Shown here piece by piece: positions 12,461 to 22,074 of a stretch of DNA of 56,766 nt. The first letter of the stretch is position 1, and the number at the start of each line of letters is the position of its first letter. This DNA is from Alphaproteobacteria bacterium. GTDB taxonomy: Bacteria > Pseudomonadota > Alphaproteobacteria > Rs-D84. The translations under genes and the position numbers were made by a program. The stretch lies in contig JAFYUU010000015.1 of the NCBI GenBank assembly GCA_017549445.1, positions 1 through 56,766 on the forward strand, in the 5' to 3' direction. Under the pieces are notes generated by a model. It ran no database searches. It worked only from the letters and a program-made list of their open reading frames with translations, and was not told the origin of the DNA.

Positions 12461-13408
12461 ATGTCATATTCGATTTTGGGCTTGGTCAACACCGACAAAA
12501 TGTTGCACGATGCACTGGTTGGCAACTATGCGGTTCCTGCATTTAATTTTTATAACATGGAAACCTTGACGGCAATATTGTCCGCCACCCACCAAACCCA
12601 CAGTCCAGTAATTTTGGCAGTATCAGAATCTGCAATTAAATACATGGGCTTTAATATGCTGATGGGACTGATATCTGGTGCAATGATAACCCCAGACCAA
12701 CAAATCGCCATGCATCTGGACCACGGTTCTTCTTATGAAGCATGCATAACCGCAATAGACATGGGCTTTTCATCTGTAATGATTGATGCCAGCAAACTGC
12801 CATTACAACAAAACATAGCCCTGACCCGCCGTGTCGTAGAATACGCACACAAACACAACGTCTCGGTCGAAGCCGAACTGGGCGTCTTATCTGGCATCGA
12901 AGACGAAAACACAAAATCCGAATATTCGTCCTATACCAACCCCCAAGACGTTGTCCAGTTTGTATCCGCAACAAATGTTGATTCATTGGCCATCGCCATC
13001 GGCACCAGCCACGGTGCCTACAAACGCAAATCAGACAACGAAGCATTGCGTTTTGACATCTTGGATGCCGTTGCCCAGAAATTACCCAACCTGCCGTTGG
13101 TTTTACACGGTGCGTCCAGTATCCCAGAAAACCTGGTCCAAACAATAAACAAATTTGGTGGCCATATGCCAAATGCCCGTGGCATTTCCCCCAAACAATT
13201 ACGCCAGGCAACCAAACGAAACATTTGCAAAATCAATGTGGACAGCGACCTGCGTCTGGCCCAAACATCGGCAATACGCAAATACATGGCTGAAAACCCA
13301 TCGGACTTTAACCCCCGAAACTATCTGAACGCAGGCATTACCGCCATGACCCAAATTTGCATAGATGAAATTAAAAATATTATGGGCAGTGAAAATAAAC
13401 TAAAATGA
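12461..13408 (+). CDS. fba: Fructose-bisphosphate aldolase class II
   Basis: HLDHG, SSVMIDAS, VEAELG, GTSHGAYK and LVLHGASS motifs. Confidence 0.95.
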   Translation: MSYSILGLVNTDKMLHDALVGNYAVPAFNFYNMETLTAILSATHQTHSPVILAVSESAIKYMGFNMLMGLISGAMITPDQQIAMHLDHGSSYEACITAIDMGFSSVMIDASKLPLQQNIALTRRVVEYAHKHNVSVEAELGVLSGIEDENTKSEYSSYTNPQDVVQFVSATNVDSLAIAIGTSHGAYKRKSDNEALRFDILDAVAQKLPNLPLVLHGASSIPENLVQTINKFGGHMPNARGISPKQLRQATKRNICKINVDSDLRLAQTSAIRKYMAENPSDFNPRNYLNAGITAMTQICIDEIKNIMGSENKLK

Positions 13409-13495
13409 TTTAGATGCGACAGTGCCGACAACGTAGTGTCCATAACACTACATGAGTTGTCGGCACCACTTGCAGATGAATTATTATAATTTATT
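13392..13495. repeat. Structured 104-nt element, copy 1
   Basis: Direct repeat of 13581..13685. Contains GTGCCGACAAC-GTAGTGT-CCATA-ACACTAC-ATGA-GTTGTCGGCAC. Confidence 0.9.
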
Positions 13496-13580
13496 GAAAA
13501 TAAAAGATAATGGTGCAGATATGGGCAGTGCCATCCCCATAGTGTAATTACACTATTACACCAACATCCTTGCTTGGCAC

Positions 13581-13685
13581 AAAATAAATTAGAATGATTT
13601 AGATGCGAACAGTGCCGACAACGTAGTGTACATAACGCTACATGAGTTGTCGGCACCGTTTGCAGATGAATTATTATAATTTATT
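13581..13685. repeat. Structured 105-nt element, copy 2
   Basis: Near-identical to 13392..13495 with a few substitutions and one insertion. Overlaps the efp stop codon. Confidence 0.9.
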
Positions 13686-14250
13686 TTGCCCGTTCTACGT
13701 ATTCTAACGTTTCCGTATTTACAACAATCTTTTCACCCTGTTCGATGAACAAAGGAACCTGAACACGAACACCATTATCCAAGATTGCAGGTTTGCCACC
13801 ACTGGACGAAACAGTCTGCCCTTTCAACGCAGGTTCTGTTTCTGCAACGGTCGCAACAACCGTCTTGGGCAAAGAAATAGAAACAGGATTGCCTTCGACA
13901 AAGTTTGCTTTAACTGACATTTCTGGTTCCAAGAACTTCATCATATCGCCCAACGAATCGACTGGCATTGTGAACTGTTCATAATCGGACAAATTCATAA
14001 AGAACGCATCTGTTCCATCAGAATACAAATACTGACATTCAAAATCTTCAACCATCAGTTTTTCAACTTTATCTTCTGCACGCCAACGGTCGCCACCTTT
14101 GTTGCCCGAATCGATGTCACGCAAATCGGCCTGAACAAAGGCCCCACCCTTACCTGGTTTAACCTTGGTAATAGATGTCACAGAATAACGTTTTCCATTA
14201 TGTGAAATAACCCAACCCACACGCATATCATTTGCAATATAAGATGCCAT
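13681..14250 (-). CDS. efp: Elongation factor P
   Basis: VKPGKGGAFV, GQTVSSSGGKPA and VQVPLFIEQGE motifs. Start moved to MASY. Confidence 0.95.
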   Translation of the reverse strand: MASYIANDMRVGWVISHNGKRYSVTSITKVKPGKGGAFVQADLRDIDSGNKGGDRWRAEDKVEKLMVEDFECQYLYSDGTDAFFMNLSDYEQFTMPVDSLGDMMKFLEPEMSVKANFVEGNPVSISLPKTVVATVAETEPALKGQTVSSSGGKPAILDNGVRVQVPLFIEQGEKIVVNTETLEYVERAK

Positions 14251-14312
14251 ATTTTTACCCCTTTTCAATTACTGATGTGATTATAAAAATCTATTTACTA
14301 AACGCAAGTTTT

Positions 14313-14855
14313 TTATTGTGCATTTCGCTTATGATTCCAGTATCTGTCAATACTGTCCATAATCAGTTTATCTGCGGTTGCCCGATCCGCCCAGCCCAAA
14401 ATCTTGGACCAAGAATTTGGTTGCAAATCTTTGTAGTGCAAAAAGAAATATTCAATTTTTGACCGCAAAATTTCTGGCAACTGCTCGATAAATTCTGTTT
14501 TTTCATAATAAGGGTCAATTTTATCACGTGGCACACAGATAATTTTTTCATCGCCCCCTGCCTGATCTTCCATCAACAGTGCCCCAATTGGTCTCACTTC
14601 AATTAAAACACCGGGACGCAACGGTGCATTACACACAACCACACAATCCAACGGATCCCCATCATCACCCAATGTTCCTGGGAAATAACCATAGTTTGCC
14701 GGATACGCCATTGGTGCATGCAGTATTCTGTCCACCTTTAACAGTCCAGTTTCTTTATCAATTTCATATTTTACGTGCCCATTTTCTGGGATTTCAATAA
14801 TAGCATTCATTTTCTTTGGGGGTAATTTACCCGGCGACAACTTTTCCAACGTCAT
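14313..14855 (-). CDS. ppa: Inorganic pyrophosphatase (family I)
   Basis: KYEIDKE, YPANYGYFPGTL and DGDPLD motifs. Start moved to MTLEKL. Confidence 0.95.
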   Translation of the reverse strand: MTLEKLSPGKLPPKKMNAIIEIPENGHVKYEIDKETGLLKVDRILHAPMAYPANYGYFPGTLGDDGDPLDCVVVCNAPLRPGVLIEVRPIGALLMEDQAGGDEKIICVPRDKIDPYYEKTEFIEQLPEILRSKIEYFFLHYKDLQPNSWSKILGWADRATADKLIMDSIDRYWNHKRNAQ

Positions 14856-14933
14856 AATATTCCTTTTTTTAATTATTGGCTGGAATTTTATCATAAAAAA
14901 ACACGATTGCAATTTTTTATAACCAATAAAAAA

Positions 14934-14953
14934 ATCCCGCCAGACGGCGGGAT
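14934..14953 (-). terminator. Terminator after dnaN
   Basis: ATCCCGCC-AGAC-GGCGGGAT with an adjacent A run. Confidence 0.7.
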
Positions 14954-14965
14954 AATTTAGATTTT

Positions 14966-16084
14966 TTACATTCTCATCGGCATCAAGATAAACAACGCAT
15001 CTGTATCTTTGTCTGTCGATTTGATAATTGTTGGTGACAATGGGTCTTGCATTTCCATTTGGAACTTTTCCCCTTCGACCTGACCAGCAACATCCAACAA
15101 GAACTTTACATTAAACGTCACCGTGAACGAAGTATCCCCATTGTATTCAATATCCAATTCCTGGGTTGCGGTTCCTGCATCTGGGCTGGACGCATTTACA
15201 ACCAACTTGTTCATACTGAATGTCAGTTGAACTGACTTGGTCTTATCAACACTGGCCACAGACACCAAATCCACCGCATTTACAAATGACTTTCTGTCCA
15301 AGATTGCGATTTTATCATTACCCTTTGGAATCACCACACGATAGTTTGGATACTGTGCATCAACCAATTTGCTGGTCAATGTTGCACTGCCCACTGTGAA
15401 ACGTGCCTTGGTATCAGACAATTCAACCGTCACATCATCAACATTTGCATCTTCCAACAATTTAGACAATTCACCAATCACACGACGTGGCAAAATCACG
15501 GCCGGCATTTCCCCACTGCCTGCTGGTGCATTCATTGCACACAATGCCATACGCTGTGCATCGGTTGCAACGGCGGTCAATTTCTTTTCGCCACTGTCCT
15601 CTGAAATATGGAAGTAAATACCCCCCAAATGATAACGCACATCGTCTGTAGGGATTGCGAACTTGGTCTGATTTATCAGATGTGCCAAATCACCCGTTGT
15701 CATTTGGAATTTAGTTGTCAAATTACTGCCTGCCATCGCAGGGAAATTTTCTGCTGGCAACGTTGGCAAACGGAAAACGGCACGTCCACTGGACACAACC
15801 AACTGATCGCCTGTTTGCTTGAAAGAAATTTCTGCATCATCTGGCAGTTTGCGAACAATATCATACAGCATCTGCACCGGCACAGTAATTTTTCCCCCCA
15901 GTGTAATATCGGCTGCGACATGTTCAACCAGTTCCAAATCCACATTGGTTGCAGACATAATCAAATCATCTGCCACCTCTAATTTAACATTCATCAAAAT
16001 CGGCAGTGTTGCACGCTTTTCCACGATGGACTGCATATGTCCCAACGCACGTATCAAAACCTGACGAAATACCGAAAATTCCAT
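14966..16084 (-). CDS. dnaN: DNA polymerase III beta sliding clamp
   Basis: 372 aa with LPILMNV, ATDAQRMA, FNVKFLLD and C-terminal LMPMRM. Confidence 0.95.
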   Translation of the reverse strand: MEFSVFRQVLIRALGHMQSIVEKRATLPILMNVKLEVADDLIMSATNVDLELVEHVAADITLGGKITVPVQMLYDIVRKLPDDAEISFKQTGDQLVVSSGRAVFRLPTLPAENFPAMAGSNLTTKFQMTTGDLAHLINQTKFAIPTDDVRYHLGGIYFHISEDSGEKKLTAVATDAQRMALCAMNAPAGSGEMPAVILPRRVIGELSKLLEDANVDDVTVELSDTKARFTVGSATLTSKLVDAQYPNYRVVIPKGNDKIAILDRKSFVNAVDLVSVASVDKTKSVQLTFSMNKLVVNASSPDAGTATQELDIEYNGDTSFTVTFNVKFLLDVAGQVEGEKFQMEMQDPLSPTIIKSTDKDTDALFILMPMRM

Positions 16085-16185
16085 AATACGCTCCTAATAT
16101 TTTTGTGTATCCTACACTCTGTTAAGACCACTTTACCAAAAATTCCCGATTCGGTGCAAGACATAAAACCACCCCACCCCGTTTA

Positions 16186-16950
16186 TTATTTATTCAAGAT
16201 TTTTTCCACCTTGGCCCGTAATTTTTTCATATCATCAAACTTGGTAAATTTGCCTTTTTCCGCAATAGAAATATCACCGCTTTCTTCTGACACCACCAAA
16301 ACCACGGCACCCGACACCTCGCTCAGCCCCAGTCCGGCCCGATGCCGTGTTCCATATTTCCAGTTCAGATTATTCTGCGACAACGGCAAAATCGCCCCAG
16401 CATATGCAATTCTGCCATTTTCTATAATCACAGCCCCATCGTGCAACGGTGTTTTGTCAAAAAAAATCGTCAGCAACAATTCTGTTGATATTTTTGCATC
16501 AATTGCCACCCCCTTTTTATCAATTGCACTTTCGTCCAGCGAAGACGTGAACACAATCAATGCCCCTGTTTTCTTTGCACTCATATACTCAACCGCAGAC
16601 ACGATTGCATCCAACCCCTTGGTATCCTTGGAACGCACACCCCCCGACCGCAGAACCCGTCGCCATCCCTGAATATTTCCCATCAACGCCATAAATTTAC
16701 GCAGTTCTGGCTGAAAAACAACAATTAAACTGATTGACAAGAACAATGCCGTCCAATGCAAGAACATTGCCAACAACCCCAACCCCACAGCACTCAGGGC
16801 AAAACTGGCGACCCATAACCCAGCCAACCCCAGCAATCCCCGCACCAACTTTTCCGATTGCGTGTTTGCAATAAAACTGCGATAGAACACCCAAATAACC
16901 CCGGCGATAATCACCACCTGGACCACAGTTAAAACATGTGCCAATTCCAT
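16186..16950 (-). CDS. cdaA: Diadenylate cyclase, CdaA/DacA type
   Basis: Three N-terminal TM segments ending IVVFQPELR, plus catalytic PLHDGAVII and GTRHRAG motifs. Confidence 0.88.
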   Translation of the reverse strand: MELAHVLTVVQVVIIAGVIWVFYRSFIANTQSEKLVRGLLGLAGLWVASFALSAVGLGLLAMFLHWTALFLSISLIVVFQPELRKFMALMGNIQGWRRVLRSGGVRSKDTKGLDAIVSAVEYMSAKKTGALIVFTSSLDESAIDKKGVAIDAKISTELLLTIFFDKTPLHDGAVIIENGRIAYAGAILPLSQNNLNWKYGTRHRAGLGLSEVSGAVVLVVSEESGDISIAEKGKFTKFDDMKKLRAKVEKILNK

Positions 16951-16971
16951 TTTTCTTCCTTTCTCTTGTAA

Positions 16972-19056
16972 TTATTTTGTCAGAATTTCGCCTATCAAAT
17001 CTTCTAACGGGGCATTTATCCACTCTGGGTCACCCCTGTGTGCTGGTGCTCCTTTTTCCAGGGCCGTTTCACACGGATGAACATCCGCCAACCAGTTTTC
17101 CAACAAATCCCCTGCGACCCAGCCAACACCGGCCCCCGCAACCAAACCAATTCCACCCGTGAACGGTGCCAACAACAACCCAATTCCTGTTGCAGACGCA
17201 ACCTTGCCTGCAACCGCCATACCACTGATTGACACATCAGGTTCCGCCAGATTTCCCGACAGTTCTATTGAATTTACCACCTTTCCCGTCAGCGACAGTT
17301 TAATCCCCCGCACCGGCACGGTCGTCAAAGCCAACTTTAACGTCTCGTCCCCCAGGTTCAAGTCCCCTGCCAGACGAACATTGATTGCATTTGTTTCAAT
17401 CGCAACACCGTGTTCTGTAAAGAATGCCCCATCACGCAATTTAACATTCATTGCCGCACACGATATTTTAATTTGATTATGTTCTTTTTCGGAACTGAAC
17501 AAATCTTCAATACTGTGTCGCAGTGATGTCAGAAAATCTGTCCCATACATATACGCCACCAAATCCGAGTGTGCATACCCTGGTGCCACCGAATATACTT
17601 TTACTGGCCCCGTCACGGTTTGCATCAACCCCGACAAATCTGCCCCACGCCCCCGAACATACATTTCTATATTCATCGGCAACCCAGAAATAAAATTATC
17701 CACCCCAAATTGATGCAACAAATCCCCAACATAAATCCTGTCACCAACACTTGCCATCTGAACAAACAAAACACCCTGGGGATCGATTTGCACATCCGCC
17801 CCGATATTCAGTCCCCCATCAGCCACAATTGACTTGATATCGATACGTGCCACATTATCTGCCAACTGCATAGCAATATTCAGATTTCCCAGTCCAAACC
17901 CCTTGTAAATCCCCAACGATTTCAACGCCAGATTTACATTCATTTTTTGATCAACAAAAAACTGACCATACAAAGGCACATCTTTAAATATATTCAATTT
18001 CCGATTTGGCCTTATCCAAGTTCCACGTCCATACAGATTCGGGAACAGTTTATCCAACGCTACATTGCCCCCACTGACATCCAGATTCAACACAGGCACC
18101 TGCTTGCCCCAATCGTAATCACCCTGGACTGTAAAATCAAATCCACGAACCGCCACCGATGACTTACGCAGGGTCAGTTTTTTTCTATCTAGCCCCCCCG
18201 CCAAATTTACCGCAATCTTTGGCCAACCAGTTAAATCCATATTAAATATTTTTCCCACTGCCCCAGGGTTTGCCACAATTCCTTTAACAATAAAATCTAT
18301 TGGTTCTTTACTTTTTCCTTCCAACGCAACATTTGCGACTAAACTTTCACCTTCACTTGCGATGGCGATTCGCATTGGATAAACCTTTCTTTCCGCATTG
18401 TATTCTGAAAAAGACATCACAAACGGAAAAAATTCTTCATCATTAGAACGAATCCACCCTGCATATTCCAATCCAATTTCATTTGGCAAATAACGCACAC
18501 TGACCCCTGCGATTGAATAAGTATCATCAACAATATGTGCGACCAGATTTTTTATCTCTACCCCACCCAATCCAAAATCCTTGAACGGATATTTTTCTGG
18601 CACATCAACCGATGCGTCAGCCACATTTTCCTGCGTAGAGCCATCTTTTTCTATACGTTGCACAGAATATTTTCCGGCCGAATTTTTTTCCAGACAAATT
18701 GTCGCATCATAAACTTTAACATTTTGGATTGTGGGCCTATTCCGCAACAGCGACACCAGATTTAACGTCACATCAATTTTTTCTGCACTGAACGCATACT
18801 TATGCTTGGCCCAGTTCGCATTTAACACCCGCACCTGATTTAATTCAACCCGTGGCCTCAGCGAAAATTTCCATGCCACCGCCCCATCAATTTCCACGGG
18901 CATACCGGTTGCGTCTCTTAACATTGCGACCACATTTCCACGCAACGTTTCCAGATTCACCTGACTTAACGCAATAACAACCGCCACCGCCAGTCCCATT
19001 ACAAACAGGCCCAGCACACGCAATATCGTAAAAAGCGGTCTTCTTTTAACTCTCAT
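16972..19056 (-). CDS. AsmA family protein
   Basis: N-terminal anchor, beta-rich body and AsmA-like C-terminus (ISCAAMNVKLRDG). Confidence 0.75.
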   Translation of the reverse strand: MRVKRRPLFTILRVLGLFVMGLAVAVVIALSQVNLETLRGNVVAMLRDATGMPVEIDGAVAWKFSLRPRVELNQVRVLNANWAKHKYAFSAEKIDVTLNLVSLLRNRPTIQNVKVYDATICLEKNSAGKYSVQRIEKDGSTQENVADASVDVPEKYPFKDFGLGGVEIKNLVAHIVDDTYSIAGVSVRYLPNEIGLEYAGWIRSNDEEFFPFVMSFSEYNAERKVYPMRIAIASEGESLVANVALEGKSKEPIDFIVKGIVANPGAVGKIFNMDLTGWPKIAVNLAGGLDRKKLTLRKSSVAVRGFDFTVQGDYDWGKQVPVLNLDVSGGNVALDKLFPNLYGRGTWIRPNRKLNIFKDVPLYGQFFVDQKMNVNLALKSLGIYKGFGLGNLNIAMQLADNVARIDIKSIVADGGLNIGADVQIDPQGVLFVQMASVGDRIYVGDLLHQFGVDNFISGLPMNIEMYVRGRGADLSGLMQTVTGPVKVYSVAPGYAHSDLVAYMYGTDFLTSLRHSIEDLFSSEKEHNQIKISCAAMNVKLRDGAFFTEHGVAIETNAINVRLAGDLNLGDETLKLALTTVPVRGIKLSLTGKVVNSIELSGNLAEPDVSISGMAVAGKVASATGIGLLLAPFTGGIGLVAGAGVGWVAGDLLENWLADVHPCETALEKGAPAHRGDPEWINAPLEDLIGEILTK

Positions 19057-19074
19057 ACCTAATATATTATCGCT

Positions 19075-20040
19075 TTATGGCATTTTTAGTTCCAAGAATT
19101 TAATCACAGGCATCATAAATTCTGGCACCTGTGCGGTAATTGACATCATTTTCCGTGTTCTTGGATGTTGGAATGTTATCTTATGTGCGAACAAAAACAA
19201 GTTATTTGTTGCCAACATTGACCGCAACATATCATCCATCGGCACATCTCGCCCATACAAAGTATCCCCAACGATTGGTGCCTTTAACGACATTGCACTG
19301 TGCAAACGCAATTGGTGGGTGCGTCCTGTTTTCGGGCTGAACAAGACCCATGAAATATTTCCTGCCCGACTTAAAACCTGATAATGCGTCACGGCCCGTT
19401 GTGGTCTTTGCCCTGTGCCATTATTTGCACGAACTGGTTCTTCGAACACCTGACCCTTTATCATAAAGTTATCAATCACACCCCTGTCTGGCTTTACATC
19501 ACCATTCAGCAAAGCCAAATATTCCTTGAATGCTTCTTTATTCTGGAAAGCACTGGCCAATGCCTGGGTTGCCCGTTGATTTTTTGCAACCACCAACACC
19601 CCACTTGTTTCTTTATCCAGCCGATGCACCAATGCAATTTTATCATAGGGGAACAATGCACTGGCCATTTTATCAATGGACTTTCTGATACCCGTCCCCC
19701 CCTGCACCGCCAACCCAGCGGGCTTGTTAAACACCACTATATCTTCATCATTGTGAATGATACACTTTCGCAACATCTCCAAATCTGCCAAGGAAAATTT
19801 ATCCCCTGCTTCGGACTTATGCATCTGTGTTGCAAAACCTGCGATTGTTGGCGGAATACGAATTGCGTCCCCTGCACGCAATATTTCCCGTCCGGTCACC
19901 CGCTTGGAATTCAATCGAATCTGCCCCCCACGACACAGTTTATAAAACTCTCGCTGTGGCATAGACGGATATATTCTCAGGAACCAACGCATCAATCGTG
20001 TTCCATCATCCGTTTTAGAAACCGTTGCAATCTCAGCCAT
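19075..20040 (-). CDS. RluA-family 23S rRNA pseudouridine synthase (RluC-like)
   Basis: S4-like N-terminus, NKPAGLAVQGG, VHRLDKETSG and GRTHQLR motifs. Confidence 0.9.
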   Translation of the reverse strand: MAEIATVSKTDDGTRLMRWFLRIYPSMPQREFYKLCRGGQIRLNSKRVTGREILRAGDAIRIPPTIAGFATQMHKSEAGDKFSLADLEMLRKCIIHNDEDIVVFNKPAGLAVQGGTGIRKSIDKMASALFPYDKIALVHRLDKETSGVLVVAKNQRATQALASAFQNKEAFKEYLALLNGDVKPDRGVIDNFMIKGQVFEEPVRANNGTGQRPQRAVTHYQVLSRAGNISWVLFSPKTGRTHQLRLHSAMSLKAPIVGDTLYGRDVPMDDMLRSMLATNNLFLFAHKITFQHPRTRKMMSITAQVPEFMMPVIKFLELKMP

Positions 20041-20077
20041 CACACACCCCCGGCCCTTTTACCTTGACTGTCTAAAT

Positions 20078-20548
20078 CTATTCACCATAGATTATCTGCA
20101 CACTGTTGCGTCCATTTGATGCCGAACAGTTTTCTGGCGACATAGCACCACTGCTTTTACCATCCGACAGGCGATGTCCCACCGAATCTTGCCACCCTTT
20201 GGTCACAAAGGTCTCACACTCGTTTTTACTAAGCCCTGTAATAGACACAACGAACTGACGTGGATTTGCACTATCAACTGCAACCTCGTAATTTCCGCCG
20301 TATGGATTCTTTTCACTCATACCGATTGCACTGAAAATTGTCGCTGTATTCAGGTTCGAGAAATCATCATATTCACTGTGCAAATTACGAACCTGGGTCA
20401 CTATTTGCAGAACTTCTTCGTTCACAGTATTTCTTTTCTGGGTATTCATTGCCATCTGAATCATTTCAATCGCCCCCACAGTCAGCACCCCCATAATTGC
20501 CAACACCCCCAGCATTTCAATCATAGAACGTCCAGATTCACATTTCAT
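20078..20548 (-). CDS. Type IV pilin / prepilin-like protein
   Basis: Class III signal MKCESG|RSMIEMLGVLAIMGVL with Glu at +5, and a Cys-containing PilS-like globular domain (KNPYGG, GLSKNEC). Confidence 0.8.
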   Translation of the reverse strand: MKCESGRSMIEMLGVLAIMGVLTVGAIEMIQMAMNTQKRNTVNEEVLQIVTQVRNLHSEYDDFSNLNTATIFSAIGMSEKNPYGGNYEVAVDSANPRQFVVSITGLSKNECETFVTKGWQDSVGHRLSDGKSSGAMSPENCSASNGRNSVQIIYGE

Positions 20549-20599
20549 AATTCAAACCTCCATTTGCTATTTATTTTTTTGTATTATATCATAAAAGTT

Positions 20600-22018
20600 A
20601 TGAATATTCAATTTACTGATTTAATAGATTCCGCCCCCCACGCCCCCGGTGTATATCGGATGTTTGATGCCGAAGACACCCTGCTTTACGTGGGCAAAGC
20701 CAAAGATTTATTTAATCGCCTGCACCAGTATATTGATATATCCAAACTGGAATTACACAAACAGGTCATGCGTTCACTGGTCACCCGGGTTGAATGGGAA
20801 ACCACTGCAACCGAATCTGATGCACTTATCCTGGAACAAGAACTTATCAAAACACAAAAGCCAAAATACAACATAATGCTGACGGACGGCAAAATGTATC
20901 CGATGTTGGCATTAACAACAGGGGTCTTTCCACGTCTGCTAAAATTCCGTGGCAAGATAACCCAACGCCGTGACGTATACGGCCCATATCCGTCTGTTTC
21001 TGCATTAAACGAAACAATAAAAACCCTGCAAAAGGTATGCGGTCTGCGAACCTGTTCCGACACGTTTATGCGTAATCGCACACGACCATGCCTGCTGTAT
21101 CAAATTGGACGTTGTCTGGGCCCATGCTGTTATCCCGACCCCGAAAAATACGCAGAAAACGTGCGTATAGCCCGAAAAATCCTGACCGGTGACAGCCAGC
21201 CAATAATCGCAGACCTGACCGCACAAATGCAAAAATTTTCCGACAATCTGGATTTCGAATCCGCCGCCCAAACCCGTGACAAAATCGCAATGCTGACCCA
21301 CACATCAACACGTGGGAACCGCCAAAACAATGCGTATACATCAAATTTACAGTGGGATAAAAACGTATCTAAACTGGAACAATGGCTGGGGATAAAAATC
21401 AATATGGCGGGTGTCTTTGATAATTCGCACCTGTTCGGAAAAAGTCCTGTTGGTGCCATGATAACATTTGGACACAACGGATTTGATAAATCAGGATACC
21501 GCCACTTCAGATTGCAAAACAAATCCAGTGCCGGCAACGACATCGCCATGATGGCAGAATTTGTTTCCCGTGCGGTTGAACGTGGCCCCAAACTGGATTT
21601 GATAATCGTGGACGGCGGTCAGGCCCAATGGAACATCGCAAACAAGCACGCAAATGGAATCCCAGTATTTGGTGTCACCAAAGGCGTTGTCCGTGATGGT
21701 GACGAACACTTTATCCTGCCAGACGGCACCGAATCGCACGACCTGCCCCACGACAGTCCGCTGTTCTTAATGCTTCGCACCGTCCGTGACGAGGCACATC
21801 GTTTTGTCATCACCTATCATCGCAGTATTCGTGCCAAGCAACTGACCGCATCCGTCCTTGACGAAATCGAAGGCATTGGCCCCGTCCGCAAACGTGCCTT
21901 ACTACAACACTTTGGTTCTGTCCGTGCTATTATGGATGCAGACATGAACGCATTGATGTACGTGCCAGGTCTGGGAAAAGATGCATCAAAAAAAATATAT
22001 GCCCATTTTCATTCATAA
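20600..22018 (+). CDS. uvrC: Excinuclease ABC subunit C (short form)
   Basis: GIY-YIG region (PGVY..LYVGKAK), Cys cluster, UVR, FDNSH RNase H-like domain and HhH. Start moved to 20600. Confidence 0.92.
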   Translation: MNIQFTDLIDSAPHAPGVYRMFDAEDTLLYVGKAKDLFNRLHQYIDISKLELHKQVMRSLVTRVEWETTATESDALILEQELIKTQKPKYNIMLTDGKMYPMLALTTGVFPRLLKFRGKITQRRDVYGPYPSVSALNETIKTLQKVCGLRTCSDTFMRNRTRPCLLYQIGRCLGPCCYPDPEKYAENVRIARKILTGDSQPIIADLTAQMQKFSDNLDFESAAQTRDKIAMLTHTSTRGNRQNNAYTSNLQWDKNVSKLEQWLGIKINMAGVFDNSHLFGKSPVGAMITFGHNGFDKSGYRHFRLQNKSSAGNDIAMMAEFVSRAVERGPKLDLIIVDGGQAQWNIANKHANGIPVFGVTKGVVRDGDEHFILPDGTESHDLPHDSPLFLMLRTVRDEAHRFVITYHRSIRAKQLTASVLDEIEGIGPVRKRALLQHFGSVRAIMDADMNALMYVPGLGKDASKKIYAHFHS

Positions 22019-22074
22019 GTGATATAATACATACCGTTATTCATATATTATTCTAAATAAAGGAGAAACAAAAT

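Noticed and set aside
13392-13685. CRISPR array
   Set aside because: There are only two repeats of about 104 nt, far longer than CRISPR repeats, and no cas genes in the window.
20174-20599. Long N-terminal extension of UvrC in the ORF track
   Set aside because: It overlaps the pilin gene on the opposite strand. UvrC homology begins at about Met 20600.
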